DNA of 60,915 bases from Chloroflexia bacterium (GTDB lineage: Bacteria; Chloroflexota; Chloroflexia; QHBQ01). Below the pieces are notes generated by a model, which did not search any database, was not told the origin of the DNA, and saw only the letters and a list, made by a program, of their open reading frames with translations. Position 1 is the first letter of the stretch. Every line of letters begins with the position of its first letter. Below are positions 13,072 to 21,344 of the stretch, one piece after another. Made by a program: the position numbers and the translations under genes. Location of the stretch: assembly GCA_038230695.1 (NCBI GenBank), contig JBBRMT010000002.1, positions 1-60,915 on the forward strand. Reading direction: 5' to 3'.

Positions 13072-13203
13072 CAGATGGGCAATCCGTAAGATCTTGAAGG
13101 ATTACAGCAAGGTGGGTAAGCGGGAGTGATGATAGGGAGCTAATAAGGATGAGGGCTTGCTGAACCCTGGGCAATTACTATTAGGCTAATATTATAACAC
13201 AGA

Positions 13204-13410
13204 TTATCGCGAACCGTTTGCTAGTAGTTGCTGCTTGCAACGAGCATACTTAAGCGCTTCTGATGCCCTCTCTGCCTCATGCCTGAATTGATGTAGGGTT
13301 ATTGCGTTTAGTCGCGCTTCAATAGCAGCATGGCGGTGGGCTGGCTGCAGCAAGCAAATCCGGGTTTCGTCATCATTTTTATACTGGCATCGAAGACAAA
13401 TCATCACCAC
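13204..13410 (-). CDS. Small ORF resembling the zinc-ribbon N-terminus of the neighbouring TPR protein (possible remnant)
   Basis: MICLRCQYKNDDETRIC parallels MICFNCNTRNREAALIC of 11701-13071, but the second Cys pair is missing. Confidence 0.25.
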   Translation of the reverse strand: MVMICLRCQYKNDDETRICLLQPAHRHAAIEARLNAITLHQFRHEAERASEALKYARCKQQLLANGSR

Positions 13411-13656
13411 TTCGTTACATATTTGTTTATTGGGGAAATATCTGACACCAAAGTACCACCTGCACTATATCAAAAGCAATGCAAGATTGCAAGTGGGCAG
13501 CGTATCTGCAAGAATGAATCCACCAACCTCGCTGGTAGCCGATTGGCCTATATGCTAATTTGCTGGTATAATAACATAGGCAACCAACCCATAGAGTGAT
13601 ATTATATTTACCCATACCGTCTAATATGATCTTATCGGAAGGAAGGAATAACCTAA

Positions 13657-14049
13657 ATGTTTGAATTTGACGACAACCCGCGTCCCCGCCGCCAGGTAGA
13701 GGATGATATTGCCGACGATCGGGCGATGCGCGGAGCGGAGCGGCTGAAGCAGATCGCCGTTTATTACTACCCACACCAGCTGATTCCTCTCGATGAACAA
13801 CTATCGAAGATCAACAGCAAGACTCGCGCATACGATGGACTGAAAATCAATCGTAGCACCTACCTGCGGGTATGCGGCGAGGTGATGATGGAGCTAATGA
13901 ACGACCCCGACTTCGCTAAATCGCTGCTAGAGCGGCTATACGAGGAGAAGGAACTGGCCCAACGCCTAAGGGATAAGTTGCACGACCTACTCGGCCTGCA
14001 GAAAGCCTACAAGGACGGGCAGCTTGTGCCAAAGTTGGGCGACCTATAA
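13657..14049 (+). CDS. Hypothetical protein
   Basis: 130-aa ORF with protein-like charged/helical composition in an AT-rich stretch. No family recognised. Confidence 0.5.
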   Translation: MFEFDDNPRPRRQVEDDIADDRAMRGAERLKQIAVYYYPHQLIPLDEQLSKINSKTRAYDGLKINRSTYLRVCGEVMMELMNDPDFAKSLLERLYEEKELAQRLRDKLHDLLGLQKAYKDGQLVPKLGDL

Positions 14050-14190
14050 TCCTGCTCTTGATTCTTGCGGGCTAGCCCTGCTAGCCAATCAAACAAGGCC
14101 TGGCAGTAATAGCGAACCCATCAAAGTACCAGCCCATAATGCTTATTGCTGTCACCCTTTGACTTATTGCTCATCACCCTTTATTGCCAC

Positions 14191-14224
14191 CAACATACCA
14201 ATATGCTGTTATATTGGTATGTTG
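14191..14224. repeat. Perfect 14-bp-stem hairpin
   Basis: caacataccaatat-gctgtt-atattggtatgttg, immediately followed by TGgTATAAT (14223-14231). Confidence 0.8.
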
Positions 14225-14343
14225 GTATAATGTTAGGCTAATAGCAGACTCGGCATGACTTTGGTATATGACTACGTAACTTCTGATTTTCTATCTAGCC
14301 CATAGCTCACCCTCCGGAGATTTCCATTCAACCCCACTCAAGC

Positions 14344-14385
14344 AAATCAAAATGCGGCTCTGCCTGTTGATGGGCAGAGCCGCAT
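14344..14385 (-). terminator. Rho-independent terminator of the membrane-paralog cluster
   Basis: A 14-bp stem, aatgcggctctgcc (14351-14364) with ggcagagccgcatt (14372-14385), followed on the minus strand by ttttgatttg. Confidence 0.7.
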
Positions 14386-14896
14386 TTACGTTGCGCTGCT
14401 GCGCTTGTCGCGGCCCACGATCAGCATCAAATCCCACACGCTGGTAACCGCGAGGCCAAGCTGGATAAGGAACAAACCCGCCAGCCAGTACAACCAGCTA
14501 TAATCACCATCCACCACCGGCAAAACCAACGGGATGACCAGGGCGTAGCCAAGGCCGGGCAGGATGAAGCGAAGGATGATGCGCCCGCTGCCGAGGGTAC
14601 GATCCTTAGTACGGTAAGCAATCAATCCCTGCACGATCACGCGGCCCACGCTGATCAGGTTAGTGAGGATAAGTAGCCAGCCCCAGAGTGGCGGAGTTGG
14701 CGCAGGCAGTAGGTAGATGAACGCAATCAGCAGCAGAAAGAGAAAGCTGACAAAGGTATTGACCGCTAGCGCCCGCAAGTCGCGGTGGCGCGGATTGGTA
14801 ATAGTATCAAGGTTGATCGAGAGAGCGAGAAAAAGCAGCCAGTGTCACCGCCGCCGTGCCGAACGGAATGTAGAAGTTCGCCCACGTGCCAATCAC
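14386..14896 (-). pseudogene. Membrane protein, paralog of the next two genes, frameshifted at an A5 run (14830-14834)
   Basis: An upstream frame from GTG 14896 reads VIGTWANFYIPFGTAAVTLAA. After the T5 run (minus strand) the frame of ORF 14386-14778 continues LLFLALSINLDTITN..LRALAVNTF. Both halves align with WHDFY..AAATLVGLLFIA.SLN of the paralogs. Removing one T restores a single ORF. Confidence 0.7.
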
Positions 14897-14927
14897 TAAG
14901 CGAACTGCGCGACCTGCTCACTGCTCA

Positions 14928-15587
14928 TCAGCTGTGTTCCTGGGCTGCTGATGTAACTGGCGCGGGTTCAGCTTTCTCCTGCTCACCCTCAGTTGGCACC
15001 ACCAGCGCGGCGATCTTGCTGTCGCCCTTGTTCTGCCCTACGCCGATCAGCCAATCCCACGCATATGATGTGGCTGTCCCCAGCAGCACGATAAACACCA
15101 CTGCCAGCGAGTACAAAGAACTTGAATCGCTATCGGTTAGCTGCTGGCTGGCGTATATAATAAAGATATAGGCAAACGAGGGCAGGATGAAGCGGCGGAG
15201 CATGGTAAGAAGGCTGATGTGATGCCCCTTGCCTCCCCAGGCGATGTAAGCCTGATGCAATACGTGAACCGCCCCCATCAGCGAGATGCCCAACACCGTG
15301 CCTTTAACTGTTCCCACATTATCATTGGGGAAAAGCAGGAACAGTGCGTAGACCAGCACCAGCAGGAAGCTGATGAAAGTGTTGCTGGCAACTGCCCGCA
15401 GTGGCGCTTGTGTCCGATTGGTGATAAGCTCGGCATTAAGGGAGATAGCGATGAACAGCAAACCTACTAGCGTCGCCGCCGCGCCACCCAGCACGATGTA
15501 GAAATCATGCCAGAGGTTGAGCTGCTGGCTGAAGGTCAATGCCGTAGTTGTCGTCTGAGTAATTGTCGAGGAAATTGTCCCGCTCAT
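14928..15587 (-). CDS. Multi-pass membrane protein, family unknown (paralog 2 of 3)
   Basis: WHDFYIVLGGAAATLVGLLFIAISLNAELI and a C-terminal WDWLIGVG segment are shared with 15631-16188. Confidence 0.7.
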   Translation of the reverse strand: MSGTISSTITQTTTTALTFSQQLNLWHDFYIVLGGAAATLVGLLFIAISLNAELITNRTQAPLRAVASNTFISFLLVLVYALFLLFPNDNVGTVKGTVLGISLMGAVHVLHQAYIAWGGKGHHISLLTMLRRFILPSFAYIFIIYASQQLTDSDSSSLYSLAVVFIVLLGTATSYAWDWLIGVGQNKGDSKIAALVVPTEGEQEKAEPAPVTSAAQEHS

Positions 15588-15630
15588 CGTCTGTGTTCCT
15601 TAGCTCCTGTCACCAGCCTGGGTCAGCAGG

Positions 15631-16188
15631 CTACAACCTGGTAGCATTGCCTTCACGCTTATCACGACCTACTGCCAGCAGCAACTCCCATGCGGTAATC
15701 AAGGCAGTAATCAACAAGGTGATGAAGATTCCTACCAGCCAGTACAGCGCGTCAAGATAACCGATCAGAGCCAGAATACCAATGACGACGACAGAAGCGT
15801 AGCCAATGCTGGTAATGATGAAGCGCCAGAATAGCTGACGGGCGATGTAAGCAGAACCCTGATTGGCAGTTGACTTGTAAGCTGGGTTGCGAACAGTAGT
15901 TTGAGCTTGCCGTAGAATGTTTAGCAATCCGACTGCCGCAGTGATTATGAGCGAGATGCCAATCGAAGTACCCTGCCCAGGAATAAGGAACAGGAATGCG
16001 TAAATTAGCAAGAAGACGAAGCTGGTCAGCGTGCCAGACGCTAGCACGCGCAGGTGGTTGCTCTTATCGCTAATAACATCAATGTTGAGGGACACAGCGA
16101 TGAACAGCAACCCAACCAGGGTTGCTGCGGCAGCAGCAAGGCCAAGATAGAAATCGTGCCAGCTATTTATAAGCGTTATGGCATCCAT
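15631..16188 (-). CDS. Multi-pass membrane protein, family unknown (paralog 3 of 3)
   Basis: WHDFYLGLAAAAATLVGLLFIAVSLNIDVI ... AWELLLAVGRDKR, with the same architecture as the two downstream genes. Confidence 0.7.
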   Translation of the reverse strand: MDAITLINSWHDFYLGLAAAAATLVGLLFIAVSLNIDVISDKSNHLRVLASGTLTSFVFLLIYAFLFLIPGQGTSIGISLIITAAVGLLNILRQAQTTVRNPAYKSTANQGSAYIARQLFWRFIITSIGYASVVVIGILALIGYLDALYWLVGIFITLLITALITAWELLLAVGRDKREGNATRL

Positions 16189-16233
16189 TTATTACTCCTC
16201 GTTCTCTCCGCGCCTCATCGCCCCGCCCCTTGC

Positions 16234-19110
16234 TTATTCCTGCTCGAAGCTGCCAGCAATGCTCAACACGTAATTATCGGCGCTGAGATTGCGCTGCAAC
16301 GCCGTCTCGATGTCCGCGACCGTCAGGTTACTAACCTGCTCGATGTAGCGGCGCACATAATCGTCGCCCAGCTCGTAAAGTTCGATATCCAGCAGCAGGC
16401 GGCCAATGCCCGCTCCGGTTTCCAGTTGCAACGGCAGGCTGCCGGTGATGTAGCTCTTGGTGTTGCTCAGTTCCTCTTCACTAACCGGACGGGTGGTGAG
16501 GATATTGTTCATCTCCTCCAGGATACCGGCGATGGCCTTATCCACGTTAACCGGGTTGACCCCGGCTCGCACCACAAACGCGCCCTGACCGAAGCCACCT
16601 TCCAGGCTGCTAATACAGTAATAGGCCAACCCCTGTCGGTCGCGCACGTTCTCGCCCAGCCGCCCGTAAAGGCCCAGCCGCCCCAGGATGTAGTTGCCCA
16701 ACGACAGTGGGATGTAGTCGGGGTGCTTGCGGGGGATGCTGGGGAAGCCAAGCAGAATGTCGGCCTGGGTCTTGCCCGCCACCTCGCTGACTGCCTTCTG
16801 TGCGCCCCTGAGAGGCTCAACATCGGGAACTGTGTTCTGTGGCCTGTCTACAGTCGAATCCGACGCGCTCCAGCCTCCTAGCGCCTTCTGTAGCTCCGTA
16901 AGCGCATCCCCTGGCTCAATGTCGCCCACAACGACGATTGTGGTGGTGTCGGGGCGATAATAGTCGCGGTAGAATGCCAGCATATCATCGCGGCTGATCT
17001 GGCTGACTGTCTCAATGTAACCTGAGCTGCTGTAGTGGTAGGGGTGATTGGCGGGATAAGCTAGCTCATTGAACTTGCGCCCCGCCACGCTGCCGGTATC
17101 ATTCTCCCGCTCCTTCAAGCCGGTGAGCAGGTTGCCACGCACCTTCTCGATCTCCTCAGCCGGGAAGGTTGCAGATGTGAGCATCTCGGCAATTAGCCCG
17201 ACCAGGGTGGAAAAATCCTCGCGTAGCGACTTGCCGCCTACCTCGGCCATGTGCCGCCCGCTGCCCGCCCCCACGCTGAAGGCCAGGTCGTCGGTAAGCT
17301 CGTTAATCTCGGAGAAGCTGTGCGATTTGGTGCCACGACGCAGCATGGTAGCAACAAAGCTGGCAAGCCCGGCTTGCCGTGGCTGCTCGTATATAGAACC
17401 AGCGCGGAAGTTGGCAATCACGCTTACGCTGGGTACATCGTGTTTAGGGTACACTATTACCACGATGCCATTGGGCAGCACGCGGCGGGTGATATGCTCG
17501 GCGTTCAGCCGCGCCAACGCCTGGTCTTTTGAGGAGGTCTGAGATTTGAGGTTTGAGGTTTGAGTTGCAGGTGCTGGTTCAGCCGACAGGTCCATAGGTG
17601 CAGGCGGTTGCCCGCCCTGATGTGGGTCATCGCTATCAGGCGATTGGTAGAAGGCGTAGCCACGATGCGGATCGCGGTGGTTGGTGAGGTCAATGTCGGG
17701 GTCACTGCTGAAGTGCCGATGCCCGGCAGCAGCAGCGGCCTCCGCCTGGGCCATGCGTAGACGATCCTCAGCGGTCATTGGCCGGGGGCGGAACTCGCCA
17801 ATGGTGCGGTTGCTATTACGCAGGTATTTCTGCGCCACCCTCTGCACATCGGCCACCGTAACCGCTTCAAGATCGCTGAGATAATGGTCAAGCGCCTCAA
17901 AGCTGGATACAATGCCGAAGATGCCCAGCCAGTAGCCGCCATTGGTGACGCTCTCTGCGCTGTAGACGAACTGGGCCTTGGTCTGTTTGATCGCCCGCTT
18001 TAGCTCATCCTCGCTAACCGGATTGTTCACCACCTCGGCAATCACTGCGTCCATGGCCTGCTCGATCTGGGTTAGGCTGACTCCATCGCGGGCCATCGCG
18101 CTGAAGCTGAACAGACCGGGGTCAAGATTGAAGGTGAAGCCGCCTCCCGCTGAGACGGCAAGCTGGGTGTCCACTAGCGCCTTGTAGATACGCGCCGAGC
18201 GGCCAAACGAAGCGCCGCCGCCCATGCCCACCGCCGATGCGCCGCTGAGTACCGATTCGAGGATAGTGAGCGCAGCGGCATCGGGGTCGCTGGCCGCACA
18301 GGCATGATAGGCGGCCATCCAGAAGGCGGCCTGGCCGGGGCGCTCCACGATAACGCGACGTTCGCCTTCCTGCTCCGGCTCACTGCCGCGCACCGGCGGC
18401 GGCTCCGCGCCACGCGGGATGCTGCCGAAGTATTGGTTAACCTGCTGCTGCAAGGTAGCAGTGTCAAAGTCGCCCACCACCACGATGAAGGCATTGTTCG
18501 GCGCATAGTAAGTTCTATAATAGTTATAAAGGTCATCACGGTTGATTGCCCGTAGGTCGCTCTTCCAGCCAATAGTGTCGTGGTGGTAGGGATGAACCTT
18601 ATATGCTGCCGCCCTGACCTCCTCATCAAGCCACGACATGGGGCTATTCTCGCCCCCCTCACGCTCACTTATAATCACGCTGCGCTCACTGGCAACATCC
18701 TCCGGGTCAACCCGGGCGTTGACCATCCGATCGCTCTCAATCTGCAAGGAAAACTCATAACGGTCCGAGGGCAGGGTCTCGTAGTAGGTAGTGAAATCAA
18801 GCCAGGTGAAACCGTTGAGAGTGCCGCCATTCTGACTGACGATGCGATGCACATCGCCAGTTCGCAGCTTCTCGGTGCCTTTGAACAGCATATGCTCCAC
18901 CCAATGGGAGATGCCGGTGATGCCGTCAACCTCGTTGCGGCTGCCCACCCGATACCAGATCCAGAATGTAACAACGGGTGCAGCGTGACTCTCCTTGCTA
19001 ACAATGGTGAGGCCATTGTCCAGGGTGGTGACATTGACCCCTGCCATCAAGCCTTCGCTGGGGAGTGCGGGGTGCTGGGTGCTGGATGCTGAGTTATTTT
19101 GCTCGGACAT
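16234..19110 (-). CDS. M16 (pitrilysin/insulinase) family zinc peptidase, two M16 units fused
   Basis: HxxEH zinc motif GISHWVEHMLFKGT in the first unit, and a second M16-like half after a low-complexity linker (..PAPATQTSNLKSQTSS..). 958 aa. Confidence 0.85.
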   Translation of the reverse strand: MSEQNNSASSTQHPALPSEGLMAGVNVTTLDNGLTIVSKESHAAPVVTFWIWYRVGSRNEVDGITGISHWVEHMLFKGTEKLRTGDVHRIVSQNGGTLNGFTWLDFTTYYETLPSDRYEFSLQIESDRMVNARVDPEDVASERSVIISEREGGENSPMSWLDEEVRAAAYKVHPYHHDTIGWKSDLRAINRDDLYNYYRTYYAPNNAFIVVVGDFDTATLQQQVNQYFGSIPRGAEPPPVRGSEPEQEGERRVIVERPGQAAFWMAAYHACAASDPDAAALTILESVLSGASAVGMGGGASFGRSARIYKALVDTQLAVSAGGGFTFNLDPGLFSFSAMARDGVSLTQIEQAMDAVIAEVVNNPVSEDELKRAIKQTKAQFVYSAESVTNGGYWLGIFGIVSSFEALDHYLSDLEAVTVADVQRVAQKYLRNSNRTIGEFRPRPMTAEDRLRMAQAEAAAAAGHRHFSSDPDIDLTNHRDPHRGYAFYQSPDSDDPHQGGQPPAPMDLSAEPAPATQTSNLKSQTSSKDQALARLNAEHITRRVLPNGIVVIVYPKHDVPSVSVIANFRAGSIYEQPRQAGLASFVATMLRRGTKSHSFSEINELTDDLAFSVGAGSGRHMAEVGGKSLREDFSTLVGLIAEMLTSATFPAEEIEKVRGNLLTGLKERENDTGSVAGRKFNELAYPANHPYHYSSSGYIETVSQISRDDMLAFYRDYYRPDTTTIVVVGDIEPGDALTELQKALGGWSASDSTVDRPQNTVPDVEPLRGAQKAVSEVAGKTQADILLGFPSIPRKHPDYIPLSLGNYILGRLGLYGRLGENVRDRQGLAYYCISSLEGGFGQGAFVVRAGVNPVNVDKAIAGILEEMNNILTTRPVSEEELSNTKSYITGSLPLQLETGAGIGRLLLDIELYELGDDYVRRYIEQVSNLTVADIETALQRNLSADNYVLSIAGSFEQE
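17538..17570. repeat. Period-7 tandem repeat inside the M16 peptidase linker
   Basis: tctgagatttgaggtttgaggtttgagttgcag, translated on the minus strand as ..TQTSNLKSQTS.. Confidence 0.8.
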
Positions 19111-19221
19111 TTATTGTATTCCTCTCTTATGAGTGTGTTCAGTGCAGTTGTGTGGCGCTATGATAACATATCAGTGGAGTAGGAGCAAGGAAAGAAGAAG
19201 CGCAACATTGTATATCCAGCC

Positions 19222-19246
19222 AGGGCGAACAACGGTTCGCCCCTAC
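19222..19246. repeat. Family A hairpin repeat, variant GCGAACAACGGTTCGCCCCTAC
   Basis: The same 22 nt recur at 31625-31646. Related copies are at 6953-6978, 38004-38028, 31697-31721, 46160-46180, 49022-49042, 49087-49108 and 58210-58232. Confidence 0.85.
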
Positions 19247-19299
19247 CGAGCAATAGCTCTGCAAAAACGTGTTGTGCGCTTGAGCGGGCTATAATGCAT

Positions 19300-19319
19300 T
19301 CAGGAACACGTGTTCCTAA
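19300..19319. promoter_or_regulatory. 20-nt repeat copy 1 containing the 16-bp perfect palindrome AGGAACACGTGTTCCT
   Basis: tcaggaacacgtgttcctaa, identical to 19368-19387. Confidence 0.6.
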
Positions 19320-19335
19320 CGTTCGTCATTGCCGA

Positions 19336-19368
19336 CTTTCAACCTTCAACTTTTCACATTCAACTTCT
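19336..19368. repeat. Period-7 tandem repeat (TTCAAC-type)
   Basis: ctttcaaccttcaacttttcacattcaacttct, flanked by the two AGGAACACGTGTTCCT palindromes. Confidence 0.8.
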
Positions 19369-19387
19369 CAGGAACACGTGTTCCTAA
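19368..19387. promoter_or_regulatory. 20-nt repeat copy 2 containing AGGAACACGTGTTCCT
   Basis: Identical to copy 1. It overlaps the stop codon of the hydrolase gene (19384-19386). Confidence 0.6.
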
Positions 19388-20256
19388 ATGCTCTCCCTAT
19401 CACGGACAAAGCGGTTTAGCCAACTTTCCACCTGGGCTTCAGCTTCAGGTAGATGCTGGCGGATAGTATGGTCGTCATTCTCGAAGATAAGCAGGCGATA
19501 TGGGTGGCCGCACTTCTGCAATGCGCTGGCAAGGAGCAGTGACTGCTCTGCCTCTATCTGTTGATCGGCTGCGCCGTGCATGATAAGGAGTGGGCTGGTA
19601 GAGGGGAATTGGTTAACGTGATTGATAGGGCTGAGTATGCGTTGCTGGGTGGGGTTGGGTTCGCTACCTCCGCGCAGAAATCGGCTGTAAGGAACGCCAG
19701 AGGCAGACAAGGCGGCGTAGTGAGAAGGAATATCGGCAATCGTGCCAGCAACGGCGGCAGCGTGGATGCGGTCAGTGCGGGACAAGGCCAACATGGCATT
19801 GATGCTGCCACGACTCCAGCCGTAGATACCGATGCGGGTTGCATCTGCAGCAGGCCATTCGTCGAGGATAGGAATAAGGTTCAGCACGTCGTGGATGTCG
19901 CCGTCGCCCCACTCCTCGCGGCCCTCGCTGCCACCATTGCCACGATACTGTGAGGCGACCACGGCATAGCCCCAGGCGGCGTAACGGGCAAGGTAGAGAT
20001 AGAGGTAAGCGTTGGTCAAGGCTCCCATTTCACCACTGCCACCGCGACAGAAGATAAGGCTGGGGTACGGGCCAGGACCGGGCGGTTTGAGCAAAAACCC
20101 ATTCACCCGCAGCCCGTCGCTGGGATAGGTAATCGCCTCGACTTCTACCTCTTGCACCGCAAGCATCGCAGCCGTGCCGCGTGCTTCACCCCAGGTGTAG
20201 GCGGCGACACGCGGCACGGCTGCTTGCATGATAACTGGCTGACGAGAGAGTATCAT
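19384..20256 (-). CDS. Alpha/beta hydrolase (S9 prolyl oligopeptidase / dienelactone hydrolase-like)
   Basis: Nucleophile elbow GWSRGS, then LLIMHGAADQQ and DDHTI, consistent with a Ser-Asp-His triad. Confidence 0.75.
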   Translation of the reverse strand: MILSRQPVIMQAAVPRVAAYTWGEARGTAAMLAVQEVEVEAITYPSDGLRVNGFLLKPPGPGPYPSLIFCRGGSGEMGALTNAYLYLYLARYAAWGYAVVASQYRGNGGSEGREEWGDGDIHDVLNLIPILDEWPAADATRIGIYGWSRGSINAMLALSRTDRIHAAAVAGTIADIPSHYAALSASGVPYSRFLRGGSEPNPTQQRILSPINHVNQFPSTSPLLIMHGAADQQIEAEQSLLLASALQKCGHPYRLLIFENDDHTIRQHLPEAEAQVESWLNRFVRDRESI

Positions 20257-20363
20257 AATTTTGAGTTTTGAATTGTGAATTGTGAATTATGATTTGGGGC
20301 TATGGCGTTGAATTAAGCATATTCATGCTTAATTCAACATTCAACATTCACAATTCAAAATTG
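20257..20363. repeat. Composite inverted repeat built from heptamer arrays around a perfect hairpin
   Basis: The left arm ttttgagttttgaattgtgaattgtgaatt and the right arm aattcaacattcaacattcacaattcaaaa are near reverse complements. Confidence 0.8.
20307..20338. terminator. Perfect 14-bp-stem hairpin between two minus-strand genes
   Basis: gttgaattaagcat-attc-atgcttaattcaac, 26 nt downstream of the PIG-L gene stop. It is embedded in a larger heptamer-based inverted repeat (20257-20363). Confidence 0.55.
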
Positions 20364-21257
20364 CTACAGTTCGTGGCTCCACTCATCCGGCCCATTGGTA
20401 GGAGTGATGCTGCCATCAAGGTTGACGCGGGAGTAGGTCTCATAGCGCATCACCTGGGCAATCATATCAGCGGTGATGTAGCGCATAGGGAAGTCGGCGG
20501 CTAGCTGGCTAGCGTGGCACTGGATGGCGGCATATTTCTGCTGGGCGTAATCGCCGATGTCAATAGCAGTGGTAATTTGCTCGTCCGGCACGCCGAACTC
20601 GGCTCCTTCTGGCGCAGCATTGCCCCCTGGTCGGAACTGCTCTGCGTTCTCGCTAAGGAAGCCAACGCGGGGCAGGCCCATCGCCACTGCCTGCGTCAGA
20701 CCCTGAATCCAGGTGGTGCGACCAATGGCTGAGTAGTACAGCTTATCAGCATGGTGAGGCTGAATGTCGGTGTTCAACTGTTCAGCATAGGGTTCCGGGT
20801 CGGCAGCAACTATCCACGCCTGAGTGGTCGCCTTATGGACGGTTACATGGTCAGGGTGGCCGTATGCGCCCTCTGGCCCAAAAGTGAGGATTACATCGGG
20901 CTTATACTGGCGAATTGCCAGCGTTACCTTGCCCACCAGATCGTCAAAGTCAGCGTTGGCAACCTGGCCGTCAATGTAGTCGAGGAAGACCACGTCCGTC
21001 GCGCCAATTGCCGCCGCAGCGCAGCGCAATTCACCCTCGCGGGCCTGACCGAGCGTCTCCGGCGTGGCATTGCTGAGGTCGCTAATCTCCCCAACCTCCC
21101 CGCGTGTGGCGGAGACCAGGACTACCTTCATGCCGCTGGCTGCGTACTTCGCCATCGTGCCAGCGCAGCCGAAGGTTTCATCGTCGGGGTGGGCAAAGAC
21201 GGCCATTAGAGTGCCAAGGTTGGGGGTTTGAGGTTGGAGCAGGTTATTATCTGTCAT
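20364..21257 (-). CDS. PIG-L/LmbE family N-acetylglucosaminyl deacetylase
   Basis: AHPDDETFGCAGTMAK and GHPDHV zinc-binding motifs of the LmbE/MshB/BshB family. Confidence 0.85.
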   Translation of the reverse strand: MTDNNLLQPQTPNLGTLMAVFAHPDDETFGCAGTMAKYAASGMKVVLVSATRGEVGEISDLSNATPETLGQAREGELRCAAAAIGATDVVFLDYIDGQVANADFDDLVGKVTLAIRQYKPDVILTFGPEGAYGHPDHVTVHKATTQAWIVAADPEPYAEQLNTDIQPHHADKLYYSAIGRTTWIQGLTQAVAMGLPRVGFLSENAEQFRPGGNAAPEGAEFGVPDEQITTAIDIGDYAQQKYAAIQCHASQLAADFPMRYITADMIAQVMRYETYSRVNLDGSITPTNGPDEWSHEL

Positions 21258-21344
21258 GATTGTTATCCTTTGCGATTATAATTACAGCACCAAATCTTTA
21301 TTGTGGCAGCAGATTAATTATAACATATTCTTTATCATATTGAC

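Noticed and set aside
16054-16881. 275-aa plus-strand ORF overlapping the 3' part of the M16 peptidase gene and the membrane paralog
   Set aside because: It is antisense to a frame with an unmistakable M16 architecture, and its composition is Ala/Gln/Val-biased with no motifs.
19302-19385. AGGAACACGTGTTCCT palindromes as intrinsic terminators
   Set aside because: The hairpin would have a 7-bp stem with a 2-nt loop and no T-tract on either strand. A protein-binding site is more plausible.
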